Origin: Mytilus edulis
Taxonomy: Eukaryota
DNA: 64,000 nt
Assembly (NCBI RefSeq): GCF_963676685.1
Contig: NC_092344.1
Location: forward strand, 121,582,001 to 121,646,000
Reading direction: 5' to 3'
The notes beneath the pieces are model-generated. The model searched no databases. It was not told the origin of the DNA and saw only the letters and a list, made by a program, of their open reading frames with translations. Both the position numbers and the translations under genes were made by a program. Numbering within the stretch: the stretch's first letter is position 1; each line of letters opens with the position of its first letter. Below, one piece after another: positions 27,770 through 39,720 of this stretch.

Positions 27770-29479
27770 ATGGCATCAAGTAAACCTATACCATGTGGAC
27801 CTTGTGAAGAAGGAAAAGTTTATACTAAAGCTGACATCTGGTGTTACAACTGTGATGAAGGCTTATGTTCAACATGTTTAAGTCACCACAAAAAATCCAA
27901 AGGAACACGTGATCATAAAACTATTGATATCAATTATAAACCATTCTTCCAAGCCATCAAAACAGAATGTGACAAACACGACAAGCAACTTCACCTGTAC
28001 TGTCCCAGCCATTTAATACCGTGCTGCGATGAATGTATTTCAAGGAATCATTCAAAATGTACAGGAATAAAAAGTTTAACTAGTGAAGTGGAGAAAACTA
28101 ATGTAGAAAAATCTAAAGAATCTGTAGAGAGAGATATCAAATCCATCTCACGTCTCTTTGAAAAAATTATAAATAAAACGTTAAGCAACATCAAAACAGG
28201 GGAACAACAATGTGAAAGCATAAAAGAGTCAATCTTTAAAGTAAGGGAGAACATGAACAAACATTTAGACCGTCTTGAGAAAAAATTATGCCAAGAAGCA
28301 GACACACTTTATAATCATGAAAAATCAACAGCCACATCTTTCGTTAATGAAATTGAAGAGAAAAATACAAACTTACAGGCAATGCAAGACCATTTACAAA
28401 GTGTCACAACAAAAACACCGAAACTCCAATCATTTCTAAGAGTACATCAGATTCAACAACAATTACAGACATATCAACGATATGCGGAAGATATTGGAAA
28501 TGATGACAGGGCTGACAAGTTTGACATCAAAATGAAACAAAATGATGTTGTAGAAAACATACAAAGCCAGTTAGAATCACTAGAATCCCTTGGAGAAGTA
28601 GCAGTTGTTAAAACAGAAACACCGTTGAATAGAGAAACAAATGTGAGAAGGAATCCACAAGTAGAATCACGGGAACAACCCAAGATAAACAACATATCAA
28701 TGGATATTAAGACGTCCACGGAGATGGACTTAAAGAAGAATATCAGTGATATGATTTGTCTGATGGATGGAAGAGTAATAGTAGCTGAACTAAATGGTAA
28801 CGTAAATCTTTTTACTTCTGGCGGTAAACTTCAAAAACAGTTACCAATATCTTGTGGAGCCTACAGTGTTAAACAGATCAATCATAAAGCCATAGCCATA
28901 ACGTATCCTCTTGAGAAATCCATAAAGATCTTCAATATGGAGAATGAAACAGTTATCAAAGTTATCACATTAGACAAACAATGCTATGGTTTATCATTCT
29001 ACAACAATTCTCTAGCTGTAGGTTTATCATCCAATAATTCCTTGGTTGAAGGTGTGAATGATAATGAAATCCGTATAATAGACCCGGAAGACAATACACA
29101 GAAGTCAATAAAAGTGCAGAGCACCTCTCCGCTGTGGCACCTTGTTTACTGTAATAACAGAGTAATCTATAGCGATTATAAAGGTAATGCAGTACACTGT
29201 GTGGATGGATCAGGAAAACATATCTGGCAATATAAACAGGATTTATCAGGGCCAAGAGGACTTTCTACAGATACGTGTGGTAACATTATTGTAGCAGACT
29301 ATAACTCTAATAGAATAATACTTATATCAAAAGATGGAACGAATAGCAAAGTACTGAACAGTCCAGAAGATGGAGTAGAGAAACCTCGTTGTATTTGTTT
29401 TAAACACAATGAATCGTTAGTGTTTTTATGTGATGGTCATGGGAAATACTTGGCAAAATTTGGTTTATCTTCTGAATAG
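27770..29479 (+). CDS. TRIM-like protein (two B-boxes, coiled coil, C-terminal NHL/beta-propeller repeats; no RING), 569 aa
   Basis: CGPC..C..CDEGLC..C..HH B-box 1, CDKH..LYCPSH..PCC..C...H B-box 2, heptad-rich middle, GPRGLSTDTCGNIIVAD NHL repeat. A splice acceptor lies 3 nt before the ATG. This architecture is known to be expanded in bivalves. Confidence 0.92.
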   Translation: MASSKPIPCGPCEEGKVYTKADIWCYNCDEGLCSTCLSHHKKSKGTRDHKTIDINYKPFFQAIKTECDKHDKQLHLYCPSHLIPCCDECISRNHSKCTGIKSLTSEVEKTNVEKSKESVERDIKSISRLFEKIINKTLSNIKTGEQQCESIKESIFKVRENMNKHLDRLEKKLCQEADTLYNHEKSTATSFVNEIEEKNTNLQAMQDHLQSVTTKTPKLQSFLRVHQIQQQLQTYQRYAEDIGNDDRADKFDIKMKQNDVVENIQSQLESLESLGEVAVVKTETPLNRETNVRRNPQVESREQPKINNISMDIKTSTEMDLKKNISDMICLMDGRVIVAELNGNVNLFTSGGKLQKQLPISCGAYSVKQINHKAIAITYPLEKSIKIFNMENETVIKVITLDKQCYGLSFYNNSLAVGLSSNNSLVEGVNDNEIRIIDPEDNTQKSIKVQSTSPLWHLVYCNNRVIYSDYKGNAVHCVDGSGKHIWQYKQDLSGPRGLSTDTCGNIIVADYNSNRIILISKDGTNSKVLNSPEDGVEKPRCICFKHNESLVFLCDGHGKYLAKFGLSSE

Positions 29480-32400
29480 TATATACACTTAGAAGTCAAA
29501 TGATATAGTCTGAGGTTGATACATGTACTGCTACCTAGTGTTTATACATGTATTCATTAAGAATCATAGAGAATCATTAAATTTAGTTCAGTCTTTACCA
29601 GTAAGTTTGGACTATATAATTTTATTAAATCTCTTTATAATTGGAACCATTCAAATTTAAATTTGATTATATTTAGTAAAAGTCCTATTAGAAAACTATT
29701 ATCCCTGTTTCTGTTTCTACAATGACTTTGTATTAAGAACACACAATTCAAGGTATTTCAACTACAAGTAAATATATATGCACTTATAAACGGGCAAACT
29801 AGATAATGGACAAAATAATCATAATCTAGTACCATTTATTTTTATTTCTATCATTCATTAATAAGTTGTATTTTAAATATTAGTGCATATTTTAAAAAAA
29901 GTAAGCAAAATGAAAAAGAAAACACAAAACACTTTGCAGGAAACAAAGGGTGCACAATTTGCCCTATTAATCCTCCTTCAGTTCAATTCCCAATTTCCTT
30001 ATCAAAGGATATTTTTTTTTATAACAAACAATTCTCATACAGTGCAAAAAGGTCTCAAAGAAACCGTGATAAGGAGGGAGCTAATTTAACAGGTAGTTGG
30101 TACACTATACGGTATGGAATTGTACCAATGTTGAAGACCGTACGGTCGCCTAGAACACATACGTATGTAGTGAATTGTATTTTAGTGTTGGTATGTATTG
30201 AATTATGTTCTGTGTGATTGTGTGGAGTAAACTCTGCTCAGTGTGGTTCTGTGTAGTAAACTGTTCTTTGTGCGAGTGAATTTTGCTCTATTTAATGCTA
30301 TGTTGTGAAAAGTATTGTATTGGATGGTGCTTATGTTATATTATATGTTATGTAGTGAAATGTATATTGATGTGGTGGTGTTTATTGAATTATGCGTTGT
30401 GTGTTGTTATGTAGTGAATTGGATTTCGGTGGTTTTATATATCTGATTTGTGCTTTGTGTGATGCTATGTAGCGAATTGAGTTTTGTGTAATGTATTATA
30501 TTGCAAAAGAAAGGTAACATTGTGATCGGTTTATTAAGAATAAGTTGTGCTTATTACTTCTTGGCTTGTCAAAATCTGAATAAATTCAACCTTTTACATT
30601 CAAGATTTTGTACATTATTTTCTTTTTCATCGAATCCTGTCGCGCTAAAAATGTCTTAAAAGCAATTGAAACAAATCGTTGATGCATACTTCGCAATATA
30701 AAATATGTACTTCGATTGATAGTTATCTAGTTCCATAATTTTTTTTCTCGAGAAGCCATTTATTTCAAGAATGAATTTAGGCTTACCAGGCAATAGTTGA
30801 ATATTGCTGAGTATAAATGGCCAAAACATAGATTTTCAACTTTCCACACTAACGTTGCAATGATTACAAATTATTAGCAGGCTTTCCATCTTTCATTTAG
30901 AGCCAAGTCAACTGCTTCTTGTCTATTATTTTTTCCTATGGTTACAACTTACTAACGTTTAGTTCCGGAAACTACATCACACATGTATTTGCTTCATATT
31001 TGTATTAACAACTTTCACATTTTTACATTTTTATATATTTTATAGAGATAAAACACGATGTGGTATGAGAGCTAATGACACACATGTCCATCCAAGTCAC
31101 CATTTGCTATTTGTAAAAGTAAACTATTATAGATCAAAGCGTGGTCCTCAACACAGAGCCTTTGTCCTTATCGAACAGTAAGCTTTAAATGCCCCAAAAA
31201 TGATAACTTATAATGTCTGTTTGTTTTGTACACACATAGTTGTCAACATAATGAAATTTGATGCAACTGTCATACAAGTGAGATGTTAAGCTATTTATAA
31301 ACTTAGGTTTTTTCCACCATTTTCTACAGAAACAAATGACTTTACAAAGCCAGGAATATAACACTCGTTATATATTCCTTTGATGTGTTTGAGCTTTTGA
31401 TTTGGACAATTTTACCTATAATGTCTGTTTTGTTCACGCATCGTTATAAATATAATGAAATTTGATGCGACTGTCATAGGTTTAGCGCTATAAAACCAGG
31501 TCCAACCCACCATTTTTACATTTGAGAATGCCTGTACCAAGTCAGGAATATGGCAGTTGTTGTCCATTCGTTTGATGTGTTTTATTATTTGATTTTGCCA
31601 TTAGATTTTGGACTTTCCGTTTGGAATTATCCTCGGAGTTCAGTATTGTTTGTGATTTTACTTTTTACCTTGGAATTAGGTATTTTTACTATATTTTTGG
31701 CAATATTAAGGTTATTTGTCAAATAAACAATTACATAAGAAGAACAACAGTGCAATTAAGAATAACAAGCAACAAAAGAGGCAGAATATACTAAAGATAC
31801 ACTCAATCAGCACAAGTCGAAGAAATACACACAACACCATGGATTAAAAGAAATAAATGATCAAACAACAACAAGGCTGAAAAATGCTTTGCAAAAATCG
31901 AACCCTTACCAAACAGCTGCGGGAATTCGGTCTCAAACGATGATGTCACACGGAATAGAATAGTGGGTACGACTATTGGGATTTATCCTTATATTTTGTA
32001 AGGATATTCCATGACTTCAACTTTACCGTTTAGAACCTTCAAATCATTGATAATTGGGCGGATACAGAAATAAACAATATTATCACATAAAAGTTATTTT
32101 TGTTGTAGCATTAGTGTTATGTAACCTATGGCCTTTTTTGGCATTTATCAAAGATAACAAAGTAAATGTAGATTACTTTACTACATAATGAATCTGACCA
32201 CTGACCATCGGTTGTGATAGAGACTTTAGATGGAAATATTCTGAAATACAAAACAAAAACAAAAAAAAAACATTCAAATGACACACTCAAAGTTCAGCAA
32301 TATCTATTGATTGTTTTGTTAATTTTCGGAATAATAATGTATCATTTTTGAACCAAAACAAAGATGGTGCATGTAATATTTAGATACATTGTTAGAATTA

Positions 32401-32654
32401 CCTTTTTGACTATATATTTGAAAGTTTATGCGACTGCCATACAAGTGAGAGGTTTAGCGCTATAAAAACAGGTTCAATCTACCATTTTCTATATTTGCCT
32501 GTACCAAGACGAAATATGACAGTTGTTGTCTATTTCTTATTTTTTTATTTTGCCATTTGATTAGGGACTTCCCGTTTTCCGTTTTCCTCAGTATTTTTTT
32601 GTGATTTTAGTTTTTATAGATATATGATAATTTAGTTGAATTCTTACTTGTAGT

Positions 32655-35600
32655 TTATAATTGTTCCGTATAAATATTGTGCCCTTGGCAGACCATACGA
32701 GCATTAGTTCCTTTTAAAGTTATCACATCTCCTTTGGAATAAACCGTACCATCAAACAGACATCCACCTACAACCGATAATTTCATGTTTATATTCTCAT
32801 TTTTAGAAGTTTTTAAGGTAAGACTTCAATTTTTTTAAGTAATTGGTATACATTGAGAAATTTTGGCAAATTAAAAGTATCAAATGATTAGTTGCCTAAT
32901 ATGGGAATGTATCACTTTGTCTTACTTCATACTTGTTTTGAATTTGAAATTACGATGGATCATAGACAAAAAGATAACATCATCAAGGTCTTAAATCGAA
33001 TTGATGAGCTCATAGTATTTTCTCGTTGAACTATTACGTTCTACATTATAAGGCTATTAAAAAAACCGCTCTGTATTTCTCCTATATAAGATCCATGAAA
33101 CCAAGGGTCAATTTGCATAGTCCTCAATTTCGACACAACATATGCAATTCAAAAGGCAGAGTCATTTGATAAAACAACTATGACGAAAACTCATCGCAAT
33201 GTCAACACAGACCTTATCTTTATTTTCCCCTTAAATATCCTGTACCAAGTCAGGAGTATGGCAGTTGGTATCTTATAGTTCGTTTCTATGTATGTTGCAT
33301 TGTCGTTTTTTTTTTTGCACTTCAGAGTTCTGTTGTTTCGTTGTTTCCCTCTTATGGTAGATGCTTTTCCTCGGTTTTAGTTGGTTAATCGGATTTGTTT
33401 TCTCTCAATCGATTTATGGCTTTTAAACAGCGGTATACTACTGTTGCCTTTATTTATGGAGACTGATTGACAGTGATGTAAAAGAGATCGATACCTATAA
33501 TTATCTTATATCTTTAAAGGCAAAACGGGAAACAAACTACGTACACAGGTGATCTTGACACTTCTTAAAACAATTATATCAGAAGACGAAAGGATTAACC
33601 GACAAGTTAAATGACGCTAGAACATGTCAATTCTTTTTTTCAATGTGATTAAGCGTAGATAATTGTAACATAGAATGATTACACATACTCACTTTGACCA
33701 TCTACTGACCGTTTTTGCTGCGGACATATGCCACTTAAATGAAATAAATTGATACAAAATGAGATTAACACACTAAAATATAGAAATAAGATAAGAAAAA
33801 AAAGATAAAAAACATTAAGATGTCTTCTATCTTTATTATGACAGGTTATCAGAAAAATAATGCACGAAAACAATATACATAGAATCGTAGTCTTAGTCAA
33901 ACCATTCAATAATTAGATATTCCACATACAGTAACTTAAACTCGTTGTACACATGAAAACTCAACCATTTCAAAGAAAATACATGTTCAACGTAAACCGA
34001 ATAGAATATAAAACATATTAAAACAATGACTGTTTACGAGGGAACAATAACGTACTAAACGAAAACAATTGCAAAGAAAAGGAGTCAGCATTTTTTGCAA
34101 TATAATAAGTAATTTCTAGAACAGCTGTATGTTTGCCAACTAGTTTTCACTTATGAATAATATAACAGGTAATTTTATTGACCTTTTTACTTACTACAGA
34201 GATGTAATAGGTCCAAGATTATTGTTTCCTAAACATGTCATTTTACCCAAGCAGGATGGTATGATAATTTCCTCATTAGCTGCATAAACTCTGCCATCAA
34301 ACAAACACCCAGCTGAAATTATCATAAAAACATAATGTGTGTGAGTGTGAGTGTGTGCGTTTTAGAGAGAAAAGGGGAACCTGTAAACATTTCAATATTA
34401 TGTGCATTTTAAAATGTCAAATAGAAAAACAAATGATATCGAATATTCCTCTATGACACAAAATCAGTACATGCACAGAAAAAAAACCCCACAAAAAGCA
34501 AATGTACAGCGCTTTTATTGATGTTTTGTCACTCAAAGATACAGTGAGGTATTCAACGCGTATCAATATTACGATCAACGGAAACACAAACATCCATTCT
34601 TGGTGGCATAAGTTAGACTTTAGTTTTATTACTATGTTTGTATCAACAAGTAGCACATTTTTCGACACATACATGTAGTTCTTGTGTTGTATTAATAGTA
34701 TTAAGTAGAAGTACTGAAGCAACTGAGACAAAGAAAACCTACTTTGTCCATTCACTTCTCTTTTGTCTTTTCCTGGACATTTCCCACTGTAAAATAACAT
34801 TTAAATCATTAAGACGGTGTTGATATCTCTTGGTCAGTATTCTTTGTTGCTTTGTCTCGTGAAATCTTGTTTTTTTCCCCAATTTTGCTGGGTTTTGTAT
34901 TAATGGTTCTTTTGATCTATTTATTTTTAATATACTCATTAAAGAAAAAAAAATATGCAAACATTAAATCCTTTTTCTCAATATTAAGATTGAGAGTTGT
35001 TCTGAATGCATCTTTACAAACTTGAACTGCAATAAAATATTAAATCATTTTCAATATGTGAGATGAAGTGATTTTTTTCTCGTTTTCGTCGTTGTAAGAT
35101 TTAAGATAAAAAAATGAAGAAACTGTTATTTTGTAAACGTGCTCTTAACTGACGGTTAATGACTTGATTAATGTTTTAGTAACTTTTCTCGAATACGTAT
35201 CTTCGAAAACATCAATCATTTATTGAGGGATTATACTCAGAGATTTTTGTTAATGCTTAGGGTTGTGTTTTACCTGTTTTGGTATGTATTCTTTAAAACT
35301 ATATGAAATATTTTCCATTGAACAGTACGCAACCAACAACAATCAACCATTTATACTATCAGTCATCGTGTTTTGTTTACAAAAATACAAAGCTATAGCA
35401 GCTCTCAATCATATCATTTTATTTTATTTGTTTTGATTTTATACCATATCATTTCACGTTTTTATATATCTATATTTATTATTTGAACTCTCTAATGTAA
35501 TTAGTCATATAACCTTTGTCGTGTTTAACAAATTTTTAGAATTGTGCAAGTGTCTTACCTGATGTTCGGTTTGACTTTTTTATTGTATAAATTTCAAGAT

Positions 35601-37663
35601 TGTACCAGCTTAATCTAAGTAGACTGATAATTGATTCATTCAACATCACAATCATATATACCGATGAAGGATATCTGTTATCCGAAATATTTATAAATAA
35701 TTACATTTATAGTTCATTTTTATGTTATTGGTGTTGTTATGTACACTTTTTAGGCGTTTATATAATTTATTTTATTGTGTACATGTATCGTTACTTGTAA
35801 CGATCCAGCGCCCACGTAGGAAAAATCGTTGACTATTATTCAGACGTTATATATATATATAACTCGTCTAAACATCAACCCAATAATGTTAGATCAAAAA
35901 GCAAATTTTTTTTTTTTATATTATACAATAGATTGAGACTCTCTTATTATTTTTTTTCAACAAATGTTTAAATTATTACATACAGATGATTATATGAAAA
36001 TTATAAAAAAAAAATACTGACCCAAGCATTTTATACGGTCCAAAGGCATTGTATCCTAAACATTCCATTTGAGCTAAACAATTGCCAATCGTGACAAATT
36101 CATTCTTGTTGTAAATTTTATAATTGTACACACATACAGCTGAAAATTGAGAAAGAAAATGCAAAAATTGCAAATCAGATAATTTTTCTGTTAACATTTT
36201 GTGATATTTACATTAGTATGTTTCTCTTTTTATCTATTTTAGTAAAATTAAAACATTCTGTTAAATATACGACGTTAAAAAATGCCTGAGTACTATTATG
36301 CATAGTATATTGTAAGTTACATCCATGCATTCAAATCTGACTTTCTTTTTTCGTTTTGTAAACGAATTGATATGTTTATACTTAGTGTATACTCAGTAAT
36401 GTACATATTAATGGACTGATATAATGTACCTTCCCGTAATTCCACATGTATTATGTGCAAACACTAAGTCGATTTGGTTCAAATTGAAATGGAATAATAG
36501 AACCTCTTTTGCTTTTCTAATGCATACCAAATAGAATTGATGCACAAGATTCTGAAAAAAATGTAATTGATTTGATTTTTGGTGACTTTTAAGCACCGCA
36601 TTTAGGCTATTTCGTGGCGGCCAGTTTTTATTGGTGGAGGAAGCCGGAGTGCCCGGAAAAAACCACCGACTTATGATAGGAAAACTGACAATCCTAGTCA
36701 ATTAAGATTGGAGTCGAGTGCACCTGTACGACAGGGGTTCGAACTTATAACATCAGTCCTTACAGTAGTAACTATTTAGACCACTCGCCCACCGAGGCCC
36801 CTGAAACAATGTATAAATTATAATTTAGACAGGTTCCAAAGTCACTAGATAAATGGTAAGTTGTAGTTTCATTTCAGACCGTTAGTTGTACTACGAATCA
36901 TATTCAAAGATGAATTGGAATTGGAAACCCAAATTACGAATTACAATATCAACATTTGTTTTAAATGAAGAAATGCAATTTTGATCTAATTTTTTAAAAT
37001 TTGCAAAAAAACTTACTTTTTTCAGTCGATCGTTTCGTTGAAGGACATACGCCTCTAAAAAAAAAAAGAGGAATATTTTATTTTACAAATAAAGTTTAAT
37101 AAGTGGTGTCAATCGATTCATATTCGTTGTCGTGAATTGAAATCAAGGCTTCATAAATTGTCATAAAATAAATACTAATAGATAAAAGATAAAAACATAT
37201 TTTAATTGTTTTGATTATTTATATTTGAAAATCGACCATATGTTCATAAAATACCTAAATCATGATTATATCGTTAGCTTTAAAAAAAATATATTTGAAG
37301 AACAGGTTATAGTACCCATATTGTTCCAGGTTTGAGTATACGTTGTTGCCCATACATGTCATTGCACCCAGACAGTTACTGATAATTATTTTATCTCCAG
37401 TGGCGTACATTGTACCATCGAATAAACATCCTGAAATCAATATTTGGTTAAAGTTTTGCTTCACACATATCAAATCAATTAAAATAAATACTGATCGAAA
37501 TGAGGGAATTGTTTTTATCAGTTTTTTGTGATGTTGATAATTATTCTTTTAACCGTTATATAATATAATTTTCGTACATGCTACACATGTAATCTTTATT
37601 ATACTTGCCTTCATCTATAGGAGCAGCAGCAACTATGGTAAAAGTAAGGAGTAAAGCAAACAT
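32655..37663 (-). CDS. Secreted four-module cysteine-rich precursor with dibasic cleavage sites, paralogue A (213 aa, family not recognised)
   Basis: Exons 37663-37609 (GC donor), 37430-37316, 37054-37017, 36139-36022, 34786-34743, 34312-34195, 33733-33693, 32767-32655, total 642 nt. Translation: MFALLLTFTIVAAAPIDEGCLFDGTMYATGDKIIISNCLGAMTCMGNNVYSNLEQYGGVCPSTKRSTEKTVCVYNYKIYNKNEFVTIGNCLAQMECLGYNAFGPYKMLGGKCPGKDKREVNGQTGCLFDGRVYAANEEIIIPSCLGKMTCLGNNNLGPITSLYGICPQQKRSVDGQSGCLFDGTVYSKGDVITLKGTNARMVCQGHNIYTEQL*. A 3'UTR exon starts at about 32240. Confidence 0.92.
36575..36801 (-). mobile_element. tRNA-derived SINE
   Basis: Minus-strand head ggggcctcggtgggcgagtggtctaa...gttcgaacccc, and a body with ccgggcactccggcttcctccacc resembling a conserved SINE central domain. 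Confidence 0.75.
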
Positions 37664-37709
37664 GGTTGTGTGCTGGGTTAGATCATAAAACTAATGAAAC
37701 ATAGTTAAT

Positions 37710-37842
37710 TCCTTTATATATGGTCCGAGTTCACATTGTTATCAATTCCATTAGGAACCACAAGTGAAAGGTCATGTTGTATGTTAGAGATAAGTTATAA
37801 AAGGTTGTACATGACCTTTATCTAGGATCAAACCAAATCTGA
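37710..37842 (-). promoter_or_regulatory. Putative promoter of paralogue A: TATA box, GATA sites and AGGTCA half-sites
   Basis: Minus-strand TATATAAAGG about 50 nt upstream of the ATG; agataa and tgacctttatct motifs. The block aligns with 53413-53562. Confidence 0.65.
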
Positions 37843-39484
37843 ATTCCTATATCATCAATATCAATGTGAGGTTCTGAATGTTGAATGACATTTATGACAG
37901 CACAACCTCACTGTAAAATCACTAAAAATTATGATAAATTACTCAATAATTGCGTCTGAATATAAAATATAAAAATATTCCGAACACATACTTGCAACTA
38001 GACGCCTCAAAATTAGAATAAGGAATTTGAGGAAAACAATACGACAAAAAAGTACTAAAAAAATAAGAAGCAAAGCCTGTCAGTCATTGATATGATTATC
38101 ACCTTTTATATCTGTTTTGTTTTGTTCACGCATCGTTGTCAATATAATGGTATTTAAAGCGACTGTCATACAAAAATAGGAAAATCACAAAAATACTTAA
38201 TTTCGAAGAAAATTCAAAACGGAAAGTCCCTTATCAAATGTCAAAATCAAATGATAAAACACACCAAACGAAAGTGACAACAACTGTCATATTCTTACAA
38301 GTGAGTGGTTTAGCTAGCTATAAAACCAGATTCAATCCACCATTTTCTACATAAGAAAATAACTGTACTGTCAGGAATATGATAGTTATCAATTTGTTTG
38401 ATGTGTTTGAGCTTTTGCTTTGCCATTTGGTAAGGGTCTTTTCGTTTTCACTTTCCTCGGAATTCAGTATTTTTGTAATTTTACTTTTTATTATAAGATG
38501 CATGATATTTAAAAAAGATTTTACATATGTCTATAGTTTCCACTTGAGGGTTGTATTCTTTTTTCAATTTTTTTGAATTTGTTTTCCGTGGAGCTTAGCC
38601 TGAAGTGCAGTAAAGAATAAACCTAAATGTAAAAAATATAGAAATTGGTAAAGTCTTTTCTATTTCCTATTGACTACAATCAATATGTTGACTGAATTAT
38701 TTTGTCATGCGAATCATTTATGTTTTGAATGTTAGAAAGTTTATTATGAATAAATATATATACGGGATAAACGTAAATGAAACGACAAACCAAGTATACA
38801 AACAATGAATCTAGAGGTCAACAAACAATAGATTATAGATGAATATAAAATATGAATATTAAAATGAAAGCTTCCGAAAAACTTTATACAGAGACTAGCA
38901 AAGCTGTGTATTCAACACCAAACTCTTCCTATTACAAAAAAAACCCAAATAAAACACACCGATAAGATAGAATACCATTATCAAAAAGTACTTAAAAAAT
39001 ACAAACTAAACCAGAAACAATACATTGTCAAATATTTAACAGAAGATGTGGTATGATTACCAATGAGATAACTCTCCTTTTACAGTCAACTAAACATAGA
39101 AAATGATAGTGTGCATGGGACATCTGTGGACGGTTGACACAATCTTGTTCTTGCTTAAGTTAATAGTGAGATTTGGATTTCCCATGATATTTCCAACCAA
39201 AGACAGAGAATGACTTGTATTTTGTTTGCATAGTGTTTTAACTCCAGTAAAAGGCTGTAGTATATCATTTCAAAGTTGAAGTGAAGTGAGGTGCACAATG
39301 TATGCATTTTCACAGGTTCTGACTAAATTTACACTTAAGACTTGCATAATTTTACCACAAAACTGTTATTTACAACCTCTTGAGAGTTGACAATGTCATA
39401 ATCTTTACTGACATGGTAACCTTCACAACACCCTTTTGTTTAAAATATGCTTTTTGAAAGGATACTGGAGTAAATCTTTGTGTA

Positions 39485-39720
39485 AAGTAAAATACAAAAA
39501 TACTGAACTCTGAGGAAAATCAATTCGGAAAGTCCATAATCACATGGCAAAATCAAATAACAAAACGCATCAAAAACGAATGGACAAGAACTGTCATATT
39601 CCTGACTTGGTACAGACATTTTCAAATGTAGAAAATGGTGGATTGAACCTGGTTTTATAGCTAGCTAAACCTCTCACTTGTATGACAGTCGTATCACATT
39701 CCATTATATAGTCACCGATG
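39485..39720 (-). mobile_element. Representative copy of a very abundant interspersed (SINE-like) repeat
   Basis: Motif aaaccaggttcaatccaccattttctacat...tgtaccaagtcaggaatatgacagtt recurs at about 11780, 23260, 23820, 31490, 32460, 38320, 44115, 45100, 47300, 54450 and 59010 in both orientations. Confidence 0.8.

Noticed and set aside
35655-35700. Additional hammerhead-like motif ccgatgaa-ggata...tatcc-gaaa
   Set aside because: The core is altered and no convincing stem I is visible; at most a decayed relic.
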